Assembly: GCF_055900595.2 (NCBI RefSeq)
Contig: NZ_CM148325.1
Strand: one strand, 5' to 3'
Length of the DNA: 64,000 nucleotides
In this document: piece after piece, positions 1 through 10,739 of the stretch
Layout: each line of letters begins with the position of its first letter
Numbering within the stretch: the stretch's first letter is position 1
Notes under the pieces: generated by a model
What the model saw: the letters and a program-made list of their open reading frames with translations, nothing else
What the model was told of the DNA's origin: nothing
The model's database searches: none
Made by a program: the position numbers and the translations under genes

Positions 1-133
1 CATCGGAGAGATCCGGCAGCGCATCCACTGGCGTGTTAATGATAGTCCAGGTGCCCCAGATACTCAGAAACAACGCGCCCATCAGCACCAGAAAACGGTT
101 CGCCACCGAGCGACGAATAATCCATTCAATCAT
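1..133 (-). CDS. cusA: CusA RND copper/silver efflux pump, N-terminal fragment only (gene runs off the window edge)
   Basis: Reverse complement translates [44 protein letters not shown] from ATG at 131-133, directly downstream of the cusB stop; matches remembered CusA N-terminus. Confidence 0.85.
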
Positions 134-144
134 TGGTTATTCCC

Positions 145-1368
145 TCAATGCGCATGGGTAGCACTTTCAGAGCGCATCCGCTCCAGTGCGCCAGAAATAT
201 TGGCTTCAGAATCAATCAGGTACAGGCCGCTGGAAACCACCTTTTCACCTTCCGCCAGACCAGAACGTAGCGCGGTGACGCCTTGCGACGCCTGGAAAAC
301 AGCAACGCGTTTCGGTACAAAGCGCCCGTCGGCATCAACGGTAATCACCCGCTGTTCGTTACCAGTATCAATCAGTGCCTGTGACGGAATGAGCAGCATC
401 GGTTCACTGGCGGTGTTGAGTTGCAACCAGGCGTTCATTCCCGGTTTTAGCGCCTCGTCGGCGTTGTCGACCTCCAGACGCAGTTGCAGCGTGCGGGTCG
501 CGGCATCCACGCCGGGTAGAAGGGTCCATTTGCGGATGCTGAGCGTTTTATCCGGTCGCGCCGGAACGGTGAGCGTAAATTGCGAGGCATCTTTCACCAG
601 CCAGGCGATGGACTCCGGGATCGCAGCAGTGACCCACACCGGGTCCATACCCTGAATTTTCGCGACCACGTTATCTTTGGCGATATTCATTCCCGCGCGC
701 AGATCAAACGCGGTGATCACGCCATCAATGGGCGCTTTGAGCGTAAAGCGAGTCTGGATTTTTTGCGTGGTAATCAGGCGGCGAATATCGGCCTCCGGCA
801 TTCCCGCCAGCCGCAGGCGCTCAAGAATGCCTTCAGTCTGGGTCGCCGTACCGCCGGTTTCGCGCAGCAGTAAATACTCACTCTGCGCTTCCACCCAGTC
901 GGGAATGGTCAGGTCGAGAAGCGGTGTGCCCTTTTGCACTTTATCGCCCACGGTGAGCGGATACACCTTGTCGATAAACCCGGCGGCGCGGGCCTGCACA
1001 ATGGCAAACTGATACTCGTTGTAACTCACATTCGCTGGGAAACTCTGGGCAAAAGTCAGCGGCCCGCGCGTGACGGTCGCCGTTTTCACCCCCAGATTTT
1101 GCGTCTGGGTCGGGTCAATGCGCACACCAGACGCAGAACTCTCTTCATCGGCATATTTCGGCACCAGATCCATATCCATAAACGGCGATTTACCTGGTTT
1201 ATCGAACCGCGTATTGGGATACATTGGGTCGTACCAGAATAAGACTTTACGTTCTGCGGTCGACGTTTTTTCTGCGGGCGGTTCAGCCTTTGCAAACCAG
1301 GTAAAACCTGCCGCAGAAATAATACCGCCCGCGATCATGCTGCCGATAATAAGCGCGATTTTTTTCAT
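145..1368 (-). CDS. cusB: CusB membrane fusion (periplasmic adaptor) protein of the CusCFBA efflux system
   Basis: 407-aa ORF with signal/lipid anchor-like N-terminus and adaptor-family sequence; order cusC-cusF-cusB-cusA. Confidence 0.9.
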   Translation of the reverse strand: MKKIALIIGSMIAGGIISAAGFTWFAKAEPPAEKTSTAERKVLFWYDPMYPNTRFDKPGKSPFMDMDLVPKYADEESSASGVRIDPTQTQNLGVKTATVTRGPLTFAQSFPANVSYNEYQFAIVQARAAGFIDKVYPLTVGDKVQKGTPLLDLTIPDWVEAQSEYLLLRETGGTATQTEGILERLRLAGMPEADIRRLITTQKIQTRFTLKAPIDGVITAFDLRAGMNIAKDNVVAKIQGMDPVWVTAAIPESIAWLVKDASQFTLTVPARPDKTLSIRKWTLLPGVDAATRTLQLRLEVDNADEALKPGMNAWLQLNTASEPMLLIPSQALIDTGNEQRVITVDADGRFVPKRVAVFQASQGVTALRSGLAEGEKVVSSGLYLIDSEANISGALERMRSESATHAH

Positions 1369-1383
1369 CTCATTAAACCTGGG

Positions 1384-1716
1384 TTACTGGCTGACTTTAA
1401 TATCCTGTAATAAAGAAAGGTTGCCCTGCTGGACAAAATTAAACGCTACTTTGTCGCCAGTTTTAATTTCACTCATTTTCGTCTGCGGGGTGATGGTAAA
1501 GCGCATGGTCATCTCCGGCCAGTTCACGGCAGCAATCGGATCGTGATGGATGGTGATTTTTTTGCTTTCCAGATCAACACCTTTTACCACACCGGTGGCG
1601 CTAATAACCTGTGGTTGTGCTTCGCTCATGGTTTCATGGTGATGTTCGTTAGCCTGGGCATTAAAGCCAATAACAGTAAACAGACTGAACATTACGACTT
1701 GCAGTGCTTTTTTCAT
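1384..1716 (-). CDS. cusF: CusF periplasmic copper/silver-binding chaperone
   Basis: 110-aa ORF with signal peptide, His-rich stretch (NEHHHETMSE) and position between cusC and cusB. Confidence 0.9.
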   Translation of the reverse strand: MKKALQVVMFSLFTVIGFNAQANEHHHETMSEAQPQVISATGVVKGVDLESKKITIHHDPIAAVNWPEMTMRFTITPQTKMSEIKTGDKVAFNFVQQGNLSLLQDIKVSQ

Positions 1717-1738
1717 TATTCTCTCCTGGAGTTAAAAT

Positions 1739-3121
1739 TTATTGCTGCCAACCGCCACCCAGGGCGGTATATAAGGAAACTTCGTTAACCTGACGGGCAT
1801 AATTCAGGTCGAGTAAAGTTTGTCGGGTTGCAAATAAAGAACGTTCGGCATCCAGCACTTCCAGATAACTTACCGCGCCGTGCTGATATAATGCCCGCGC
1901 CCGTTGCAGGGTAATTTGCAGCGACGCCAGATAACGCTGCTGGGCGCTGATTTGATCGTTCAGGCTTTGACGTAATGCAAGCGCATCTGCCACTTCTTTA
2001 AAGGCGTTCTGAATTTTCTGTTCATAATTCACCACCGACTGCTGCTGGCGAATTTCGGCGATATCCAGATTGGCCTGGTTGCGTCCGGCATTAAAAATGG
2101 GGATCTCAATTTTGGGAATAAAATTCCACATCCCGCTGCTGGCGTTAAATAATGATGACAGATCGCTGCTGGCGGTTGATATTCCACTGGTCAGGCTTAT
2201 AGACGGGAAAAATGCCGCACGCGCAGCACCAATATTGGCATTAGCCGCCATTAACGCGTGTTCAGCTTCCATAATATCCGGGCGCTGCAACAAGATTTGC
2301 GACGACAAGCCCGCCGGTAATTTAACGCTTTGCAGGCTGTCGCTGTTTACTGTCTGCGCTTGCGGCAGCTTGCCGTAGTTTCCCAATAACAGTTGCAATG
2401 CATTATTCGCCTGCGCCAGTTCCCCCTGACGTTTAGCGATATCACTGCGGGTACTTTCTATCACCCCGCGAGCCTGTTCCAGCGCCAGAACATTGCTGCT
2501 ACCAGTCAAAAGTTGTTTTTCGACAAACGCATATGACTGCTGATAATTACGCAGCGTTTCTTCGGCTATTTGTAATTGCGCATAAGCCAGTTGCTGATTG
2601 AAATAGCTTTGCGCGACATTAGAAACCAGCAGAATATGCACCGCGCGCTGAGCTTCCTCAGTGGCTAAATAATTTTGTCGCTCGGCTTCGCTCATGTTCT
2701 TTAAGCGACCGAAAAAATCGAGATCAAAGCTGGCGTTAAGGCCAGTCGAGAACTCCCGCGTCGTGGCTGAATCGCCTTTAAGATTGCCGCTCCAGCTGCC
2801 GCTACCCTCGCCATTGAGCTGCGGGTAGCGGTCGGCATCGGTCAGACGATATTGCGCCCGTGCCTCCTGCACTTTCAGCGTCGCCATGCGCAAATCCCGA
2901 TTATTCACCAGCGCCTCGCTAATCAGCGTCTTCACCTGATTATCAACAAAAAAGGTGCGCCAGCCCGCGTTCTGGTAGTTATCTACCGCGTTAACCAGGC
3001 CGTTCTGGCTGAGTGAGAACTGCTGCGGCACGGGCATTGCCGGACGCTGATATTCCGGTGCCAGTGAACAACCGGTTAGCGCAAGGGCCACACAAAATGG
3101 CAGAAGTTTACAAGGAGACAT
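1739..3121 (-). CDS. cusC: CusC outer-membrane efflux channel lipoprotein (TolC family)
   Basis: 460-aa ORF with lipobox (LTGCS) and outer-membrane factor repeats; divergent from cusRS. Confidence 0.9.
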   Translation of the reverse strand: MSPCKLLPFCVALALTGCSLAPEYQRPAMPVPQQFSLSQNGLVNAVDNYQNAGWRTFFVDNQVKTLISEALVNNRDLRMATLKVQEARAQYRLTDADRYPQLNGEGSGSWSGNLKGDSATTREFSTGLNASFDLDFFGRLKNMSEAERQNYLATEEAQRAVHILLVSNVAQSYFNQQLAYAQLQIAEETLRNYQQSYAFVEKQLLTGSSNVLALEQARGVIESTRSDIAKRQGELAQANNALQLLLGNYGKLPQAQTVNSDSLQSVKLPAGLSSQILLQRPDIMEAEHALMAANANIGAARAAFFPSISLTSGISTASSDLSSLFNASSGMWNFIPKIEIPIFNAGRNQANLDIAEIRQQQSVVNYEQKIQNAFKEVADALALRQSLNDQISAQQRYLASLQITLQRARALYQHGAVSYLEVLDAERSLFATRQTLLDLNYARQVNEVSLYTALGGGWQQ

Positions 3122-3190
3122 AGGCTCATAATTTCTGGTGATTTTATGCCGCCAACTTTACTCGCCAGGCTCTGATTTTCCGGTGACAGG

Positions 3191-3212
3191 AAAATGACAA
3201 AATTGTCATTTT
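3191..3212. promoter_or_regulatory. Palindromic CusR box in the cusC-cusR divergent promoter region
   Basis: Perfect inverted repeat AAAATGACAAAATTGTCATTTT seen in the cusC/cusR intergenic region; matches the remembered CusR binding consensus. Confidence 0.75.
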
Positions 3213-3277
3213 GCCAATAAGCGATTGCCATCTGATCCCGCTACTCTAGAATTGCCCGGGCAACATGCGGAGGAAAT

Positions 3278-3961
3278 ATGAAACTGTTGATTGTCGAAGA
3301 TGAAAAGAAAACCGGCGAATACTTAACCAAAGGGTTAACCGAGGCCGGTTTTGTGGTTGATTTGGCCGATAACGGGCTGAATGGATACCATCTGGCGATG
3401 ACAGGTGATTATGACCTGATAATCCTAGATATTATGCTGCCGGACGTGAACGGCTGGGATATCGTGCGTATGTTGCGTTCCGCCAATAAAGGGATGCCGA
3501 TTCTGTTGCTTACCGCGCTTGGCACCATTGAACATCGCGTCAAGGGGCTGGAGCTGGGAGCGGATGACTATCTGGTGAAGCCGTTCGCTTTTGCTGAACT
3601 GCTGGCGCGGGTGCGCACTCTACTGCGTCGCGGGGCGGCGGTGATTATCGAAAGTCAGTTTCAGGTTGCCGATTTAATGGTTGATCTGGTCAGCCGCAAA
3701 GTCACCCGCAGCGGCACGCGCATCACTTTGACCAGTAAAGAGTTTACTCTGCTGGAGTTTTTCCTTCGCCATCAGGGCGAAGTGCTGCCCCGCTCGCTTA
3801 TCGCCTCGCAGGTGTGGGACATGAATTTCGACAGCGACACTAACGCCATTGATGTGGCGGTGAAGCGGCTGCGCGGCAAAATCGACAACGACTTTGAGCC
3901 GAAGCTGATTCAAACCGTGCGCGGCGTGGGTTACATGCTTGAGGTGCCGGATGGTCAGTAA
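3278..3961 (+). CDS. cusR: CusR OmpR-family response regulator
   Basis: 227-aa ORF with receiver domain (LIVEDE...[11 protein letters not shown]) and winged-helix C-terminus. Confidence 0.9.
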
Positions 3962-5393
3962 GCCGTTTCAGCGCCCGTTTTCGCTGGCAACCCGCCTGAC
4001 CTTTTTTATTAGCCTGGCCACCATCGCGGCGTTTTTCGCCTTTGCATGGATCATGATCCACTCAGTAAAAGTGCATTTTGCCGAGCAGGATATTAATGAT
4101 TTAAAAGAGATTAGCGCCACACTTGAACGGGTACTTAATCACCCTGACGAAACGCAAGCCCGACGCTTAATGACGCTGGAAGATATTGTCAGTGGTTATT
4201 CCAATGTGTTGATTTCTCTGGCAGATAGCCACGGTAAAACGGTGTATCACTCCCCCGGCGCGCCGGATATCCGCGAGTTTGCACGTGATGCCATACCCGA
4301 TAAAGACGCTCGGGGCGGCGAGGTGTATCTCCTTTCCGGCCCGACAATGATGATGCCAGGCCACGGTCACGGGCATATAGAACACAGCAACTGGCGGATG
4401 ATTAACTTGCCGGTTGGCCCGCTGGTGGACGGCAAACCGATTTATACGCTCTACATCGCGCTGTCTATTGATTTTCATCTTCATTACATTAATGATTTGA
4501 TGAATAAACTTATTATGACCGCATCGATCATCAGCATCCTGATCGTCTTTATCGTGCTGTTGGCGGTACATAAAGGCCACGCGCCAATTCGCAGCGTCAG
4601 CCGTCAAATCCAGAACATTACCTCGAAAGATCTCGACGTTCGCCTCGATCCACAGACCGTGCCCATTGAACTGGAACAACTGGTGCTGTCGTTCAACCAT
4701 ATGATCGAGCGTATCGAGGATGTCTTTACCCGCCAGTCCAATTTCTGTGCGGATATCGCCCACGAAATTCGCACGCCGATTACGAATCTCATAACGCAAA
4801 CGGAAATCGCCCTCAGCCAGTCGCGCAGCCAGAAGGAGCTGGAAGATGTGCTCTACTCTAATCTCGAAGAGCTGACGCGAATGGCGAAAATGGTCAGCGA
4901 TATGCTGTTTCTCGCTCAGGCCGATAACAACCAGTTAATCCCCGAAAAGAAAATGCTCAACCTGGCGGATGAAGTTGGTAAAGTGTTCGATTTTTTCGAG
5001 GCGTTAGCGGAAGATCGCGGCGTAGCACTACGGTTTGTTGGCGACAAATGTCAGGTTGCGGGCGATCCGCTGATGCTGCGTCGGGCGCTAAGCAACCTGC
5101 TTTCTAACGCCCTGCGTTATACGCCGCCCGGAGAGGCAATTGTAGTGCGCTGTCAAACGGTCGATCACCAGGTGCAAGTTACCGTCGAAAACCCCGGTAC
5201 GCCCATTGCGCCCGAGCACTTACCGCGTTTGTTTGACCGTTTCTACCGCGTTGATCCTTCCCGCCAGCGAAAAGGTGAAGGTAGCGGTATTGGTCTGGCG
5301 ATAGTGAAATCAATTGTTGTCGCGCATAAAGGCACGGTTGCGGTAACGTCAGATGCGCGGGGGACAAGGTTTGTTATCATATTACCCGCTTAA
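3951..5393 (+). CDS. cusS: CusS sensor histidine kinase
   Basis: ORF 3939-5393; start placed at the internal Met ([10 protein letters not shown]) that gives a 480-aa protein overlapping the cusR stop; HisKA (HEIRTP) and HATPase motifs. Confidence 0.85.
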
Positions 5394-5542
5394 TCCTTCA
5401 GCAATCGGCAACTTTTATAACCAGTGTAAAAATAACGTGCCGCAATAATCCTACCTATTAATGATAAAAAGCTGTCACAATTCATAAAAAACTTTAATAT
5501 ACGCCACCCTAAACATAACCAGCGTTAATGTAAGGTTTTTGT

Positions 5543-7780
5543 GTGGACTGGCTTCTTGATGTTTTTGCAACCTGGCTATATGGCTTAAAAGTAATCGCGA
5601 TAACGTTAGCGGTCATCATGTTCATCAGCGGGCTGGACGATTTTTTTATTGATGTCGTCTACTGGGTACGCCGCATTAAACGCAAGTTGAGTGTTTATCG
5701 CCGCTACCCGCGAATGAGTTACCGCGAACTGTATAAACCAGATGAAAAACCGTTAGCGATTATGGTTCCGGCGTGGAATGAAACGGGCGTCATCGGCAAT
5801 ATGGCCGAGCTGGCGGCGACCACGCTCGACTATGAAAACTATCATATCTTTGTTGGCACCTACCCCAACGACCCAGATACTCAGCGTGATGTTGACGAAG
5901 TGTGCGCTCGCTTCCCAAACGTGCATAAGGTAGTCTGCGCGCGTCCTGGCCCCACCAGCAAAGCCGACTGCCTGAACAACGTGCTGGACGCCATCACCCA
6001 GTTTGAGCGTAGCGCCAATTTCGCTTTTGCTGGTTTTATTCTGCATGACGCCGAAGACGTAATTTCACCGATGGAATTGCGTCTGTTCAACTATCTGGTC
6101 GAGCGTAAAGATCTGATTCAGATCCCGGTATACCCATTCGAACGCGAATGGACGCACTTCACCAGCATGACTTACATTGATGAGTTTTCAGAACTGCATG
6201 GCAAAGATGTTCCGGTGCGTGAAGCCCTCGCCGGACAGGTGCCCAGCGCAGGCGTCGGTACTTGTTTCAGCCGCCGCGCCGTGACCGCACTGTTAGCTGA
6301 TGGTGACGGTATTGCTTTCGACGTGCAGAGTCTTACTGAAGATTACGACATTGGTTTCCGCCTGAAAGAAAAAGGTATGACGGAAATTTTTGTCCGTTTT
6401 CCGGTGGTGGACGAAGCCAAAGAACGCGAGCAGCGTAAATTTTTACAGCACGCGCGGACGTCAAACATGATCTGCGTGCGCGAATATTTCCCCGATACCT
6501 TTTCGACGGCGGTTCGACAAAAATCTCGCTGGATCATCGGCATTGTTTTCCAGGGCTTTAAAACCCATAAATGGACCTCCAGCCTGACGCTGAACTACTT
6601 TCTCTGGCGCGACCGCAAAGGGGCAATCAGTAACTTTGTCAGCTTCCTCGCGATGCTGGTGATGATCCAGCTTTTGCTGTTACTGGCGTATGAAAGTTTC
6701 TGGCCCGATGCCTGGCATTTCCTTTCTATTTTCAGCGGCAGCGCATGGTTAATGACCCTGCTGTGGCTAAACTTTGGTTTGATGGTTAACCGCATCGTGC
6801 AGCGGGTGATTTTTGTCACTGGCTACTACGGTCTGACGCAGGGGCTGCTATCTGTCCTGCGTCTTTTCTGGGGCAACCTGATTAACTTCATGGCCAACTG
6901 GCGCGCGTTAAGACAGGTACTTCAACACGGCGATCCACGTCGCGTCGCGTGGGATAAAACAACGCATGACTTCCCCAGCGTCACTGGCGATACCCGCTCG
7001 TTGCGCCCGTTAGGTCAAATTCTGCTGGAAAATCAGGTCATCACTGAAGAACAACTCGATACGGCACTGCGTAATCGTGTCGAAGGTCTACGCTTGGGCG
7101 GTTCAATGTTGATGCAGGGGCTGATTAGCGCCGAACAGCTGGCACAGGCACTGGCAGAGCAAAACGGCGTGGCGTGGGAGTCCATCGATGCCTGGCAGAT
7201 CCCTTCTTCGCTGATTGCCGCGATGCCGGCCTCCGTGGCGCTGCATTATGCGGTGCTACCGCTGCGTCTGGAAAATGATGAGTTAATTGTCGGCAGTGAA
7301 GATGGTATTGACCCGGTTTCGCTGGCAGCCCTGACGCGTAAAGTTGGATGCAAAGTGCGTTACGTCATTGTTCTGCGGGGACAAATTGTCACGGGGTTAC
7401 GTCACTGGTATGCACGCCGACGCGGTCACGATCCGCGGGCAATGTTGTACAATGCGGTTCAGCATCAGTGGCTCACGGAACAGCAGGCCGGTGAAATCTG
7501 GCGGCAATATGTGCCGCATCAGTTCCTGTTCGCCGAAATACTGACCACGCTCGGTCATATTAATCGTTCAGCAATTAACGTGTTGTTATTGCGCCATGAA
7601 CGCAGTTCTCTGCCGCTCGGCAAGTTTTTGGTCACCGAAGGCGTTATCAGCCAGGAAACGTTGGATCGCGTCCTGACAATTCAACGCGAATTACAAGTTT
7701 CGATGCAATCACTATTACTCAAAGCAGGTTTAAACACAGAACAGGTTGCGCAACTGGAGTCCGAAAATGAAGGAGAATAA
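5543..7780 (+). CDS. nfrB: NfrB, bacteriophage N4 adsorption protein B (inner-membrane glycosyltransferase-like)
   Basis: 745-aa ORF matching remembered NfrB length and position next to nfrA. Confidence 0.85.
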   Translation: MDWLLDVFATWLYGLKVIAITLAVIMFISGLDDFFIDVVYWVRRIKRKLSVYRRYPRMSYRELYKPDEKPLAIMVPAWNETGVIGNMAELAATTLDYENYHIFVGTYPNDPDTQRDVDEVCARFPNVHKVVCARPGPTSKADCLNNVLDAITQFERSANFAFAGFILHDAEDVISPMELRLFNYLVERKDLIQIPVYPFEREWTHFTSMTYIDEFSELHGKDVPVREALAGQVPSAGVGTCFSRRAVTALLADGDGIAFDVQSLTEDYDIGFRLKEKGMTEIFVRFPVVDEAKEREQRKFLQHARTSNMICVREYFPDTFSTAVRQKSRWIIGIVFQGFKTHKWTSSLTLNYFLWRDRKGAISNFVSFLAMLVMIQLLLLLAYESFWPDAWHFLSIFSGSAWLMTLLWLNFGLMVNRIVQRVIFVTGYYGLTQGLLSVLRLFWGNLINFMANWRALRQVLQHGDPRRVAWDKTTHDFPSVTGDTRSLRPLGQILLENQVITEEQLDTALRNRVEGLRLGGSMLMQGLISAEQLAQALAEQNGVAWESIDAWQIPSSLIAAMPASVALHYAVLPLRLENDELIVGSEDGIDPVSLAALTRKVGCKVRYVIVLRGQIVTGLRHWYARRRGHDPRAMLYNAVQHQWLTEQQAGEIWRQYVPHQFLFAEILTTLGHINRSAINVLLLRHERSSLPLGKFLVTEGVISQETLDRVLTIQRELQVSMQSLLLKAGLNTEQVAQLESENEGE

Positions 7781-10739
7781 CCTTAATCGCGTCATCGGAT
7801 GGTCTGGTTTACTGCTGACGTCTTTATTGAGTACCAGCGCACTCGCAGACAATATCGGCACCAGCGCAGAAGAGCTGGGGCTGAGCGATTATCGCCATTT
7901 TGTTATTTATCCCCGTCTCGATAAGGCGCTGAAGGCACAGAAAAATAACGACGAAGCAACCGCCATCCGCGAATTTGAATATATACACCAGCAGGTGCCG
8001 GATAATATTCCGCTGACTTTATACCTTGCGGAAGCCTATCGCCATTTTGGTCATGATGACCGGGCGCGGCTGTTGCTTGAGGATCAACTGAAACGTCACC
8101 CAGGAGATGCCCGACTTGAGCGCAGTCTGGCGGCTATTCCAGTTGAAGTGAAAAGCGTTACGACTGTTGAAGAACTGCTTGCCCAGCAAAAAGCGTGCGA
8201 CGCTGCGCCGACCCTGCGTTGTCGCAGTGAAGTCGGGCAGAATGCCCTGCGGCTGGCACAATTACCTGTCGCCAGAGCGCAACTGAACGATGCGACGTTT
8301 GCTGCATCGACGGAAGGAAAAACGCTGCGAACCGATCTGCTGCAACGGGCAATCTACCTCAAGCAGTGGTCGCTGGCAGAAGCGTTGTTCAGTGAATCAC
8401 GGCAACAAAATACATTAAACGCAGCTGAGCGCCGTCAGTGGTTTGATGTTCTGCTCGCAGGCCAGCTGGATGATCGGATCCTGGCGCTGCAATCAGAGGG
8501 GATCTTCACCGATCCACAGTCATATATTACTTACGCGACCGCGCTGGCTTATCGTGGCGAGAAAGCACGCCTCCAGCATTATCTCATTGAAAATAAGCCG
8601 CTGTTTACCACGGACGCACAAGAGAAAAGTTGGCTCTATCTGTTATCTAAATACAGCGCCAACCCCGTTCAGGCGTTGGCGAATTATACGGTACAGTTTG
8701 CCGATAACCGCCAGTATGTTGTTGGCGCGACGCTACCGGTGCTGTTAAAAGAAGGTCAGTACGACGCAGCGCAAAAACTGCTCGCCACCCTCCCCGCCAA
8801 TGAAATGCTTGAGGAGCGTTATACCGTTAGCGTAGCGACCCATAACAAGGCTGAAGCTCTGCGTCTGGCACGATTGCTGTATCAGCAAGAACCGGCAAAT
8901 CTTACCCGCCTGGATCAACTGACCTGGCAACTGATGCAGAACGAGCAGTCACGCGAAGCTGCCGATTTATTGCTGCAACGCTATCCTTTCCAGGGCGATG
9001 CGCGTGTCAGCCAGACTTTAATGGCGCGACTGGCGTCTCTGCTGGAAAGTCATCCTTACCTGGCAACTCCGGCGAAGGTGGCGATTTTATCGAAACCCTT
9101 ACCGCTGGCGGAGCAACGTCAGTGGCAAAGTCAGTTGCCGGGTATTGCAGATAATTGCCCGGCAATAGTTCGCTTGCTGGGCGATATGTCGCCTTCCTAC
9201 GATGCCGCCGCCTGGAACCGTCTGGCAAAGTGTTATCGGGACACGCTACCCGGCGTGGCGTTGTATGCATGGCTTCAGGCCGAACAACGGCAACCGAACG
9301 CCTGGCAACATCGTGCGGTAGCCTATCAGGCGTATCAGGTTGAGGATTACGCCACCGCACTGGCGGCCTGGCAGAAAATCAGTCTTCACGACATGAGCAA
9401 TGAGGATCTGCTTGCTGCTGCCAATACCGCCCAGGCGGCAGGAAATGGTGCGGCTCGCGATCGCTGGCTTCAGCAGGCAGAACAACGTGGGCTGGGAAAC
9501 AATGCCCTCTACTGGTGGCTGCATGCGCAACGTTACATTCCTGGTCAGCCGGAACTCGCACTGAACGATCTCACGCGCTCAATCAATATTGCGCCTTCTG
9601 CCAACGCTTACGTTGCGCGGGCGACAATTTATCGCCAACGTCATAATGTCCCGGCGGCGGTGAGTGATTTGCGCGCCGCTCTGGAACTGGAACCGAATAA
9701 TAGCAACACCCAGGCAGCGCTCGGTTACGCCTTGTGGGATAGCGGTGATATTGCACAGTCGCGGGAAATGCTCGAACAGGCGCATAAAGGGCTACCGGAC
9801 GATCCGGCACTTATCCGACAACTGGCCTACGTGAACCAGCGTCTGGATGATATGCCTGCGACGCAGCACTACGCCCGGCTGGTGATTGATGACATTGATA
9901 ATCAGGCGCTGATAACCCCACTGACCCCAGAGCAAAATCAGCAACGCTTCAATTTCCGCCGTCTGCATGAGGAGGTCGGTCGCCGCTGGACGTTCAGTTT
10001 CGATTCTTCTATCGGCTTGCGTTCCGGCGCAATGAGTACCGCTAACAATAATGTCGGCGGCGCAGCGCCAGGGAAAAGCTATCGTAGCTACGGGCAACTG
10101 GAAGCCGAGTACCGCATCGGACGCAATATGCTGCTGGAAGGCGACCTGCTCTCGGTTTACAGCCGTGTATTTGCCGATACCGGAGAAAACGGGGTGATGA
10201 TGCCGGTGAAAAATCCGATGTCCGGCACCGGTCTGCGCTGGAAGCCGCTGCGCGATCAGATCTTTTTCCTCGCCGTCGAACAGCAGTTGCCGCTGAACGG
10301 GCAAAATGGCGCATCCGATACCATGCTGCGCGCCAGCGCCTCATTCTTTAATGGCGGCAAATACAGCGACGAATGGCACCCGAACGGTTCAGGCTGGTTT
10401 GCCCAAAACCTGTACCTCGATGCGGCGCAATATGTCCGCCAGGATATTCAGGCGTGGACGGCAGATTATCGCTTAAGCTGGCATCAGAAGGTGGCGAACG
10501 GACAGACTATTGAGCCTTACGCTCACGTTCAGGACAACGGCTATCGGGATAAAGGTACCCAGGGCGCGCAGCTTGGCGGTGTCGGTGTCCGCTGGAATAT
10601 CTGGACCGGCGAGACGCACTACGACGCCTGGCCGCACAAAGTCAGTCTCGGCGTCGAATATCAACATACCTTTAAGGCGATTAATCAACGTAACGGAGAG
10701 CGCAACAACGCGTTTCTCACCATTGGAGTGCACTGGTAA
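7767..10739 (+). CDS. nfrA: NfrA, bacteriophage N4 adsorption protein A (outer membrane, TPR-rich)
   Basis: ORF 7746-10739; start at internal Met (MKENNLNRVIG) gives 990 aa with signal peptide; overlaps nfrB end. Confidence 0.85.
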   Translation: MKENNLNRVIGWSGLLLTSLLSTSALADNIGTSAEELGLSDYRHFVIYPRLDKALKAQKNNDEATAIREFEYIHQQVPDNIPLTLYLAEAYRHFGHDDRARLLLEDQLKRHPGDARLERSLAAIPVEVKSVTTVEELLAQQKACDAAPTLRCRSEVGQNALRLAQLPVARAQLNDATFAASTEGKTLRTDLLQRAIYLKQWSLAEALFSESRQQNTLNAAERRQWFDVLLAGQLDDRILALQSEGIFTDPQSYITYATALAYRGEKARLQHYLIENKPLFTTDAQEKSWLYLLSKYSANPVQALANYTVQFADNRQYVVGATLPVLLKEGQYDAAQKLLATLPANEMLEERYTVSVATHNKAEALRLARLLYQQEPANLTRLDQLTWQLMQNEQSREAADLLLQRYPFQGDARVSQTLMARLASLLESHPYLATPAKVAILSKPLPLAEQRQWQSQLPGIADNCPAIVRLLGDMSPSYDAAAWNRLAKCYRDTLPGVALYAWLQAEQRQPNAWQHRAVAYQAYQVEDYATALAAWQKISLHDMSNEDLLAAANTAQAAGNGAARDRWLQQAEQRGLGNNALYWWLHAQRYIPGQPELALNDLTRSINIAPSANAYVARATIYRQRHNVPAAVSDLRAALELEPNNSNTQAALGYALWDSGDIAQSREMLEQAHKGLPDDPALIRQLAYVNQRLDDMPATQHYARLVIDDIDNQALITPLTPEQNQQRFNFRRLHEEVGRRWTFSFDSSIGLRSGAMSTANNNVGGAAPGKSYRSYGQLEAEYRIGRNMLLEGDLLSVYSRVFADTGENGVMMPVKNPMSGTGLRWKPLRDQIFFLAVEQQLPLNGQNGASDTMLRASASFFNGGKYSDEWHPNGSGWFAQNLYLDAAQYVRQDIQAWTADYRLSWHQKVANGQTIEPYAHVQDNGYRDKGTQGAQLGGVGVRWNIWTGETHYDAWPHKVSLGVEYQHTFKAINQRNGERNNAFLTIGVHW

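Noticed and set aside
200-1546. Several 69-158 aa ORFs on the plus strand overlapping cusB
   Set aside because: Antisense to a well-supported gene, no start-site context or recognisable protein features; typical GC-rich antisense frames.
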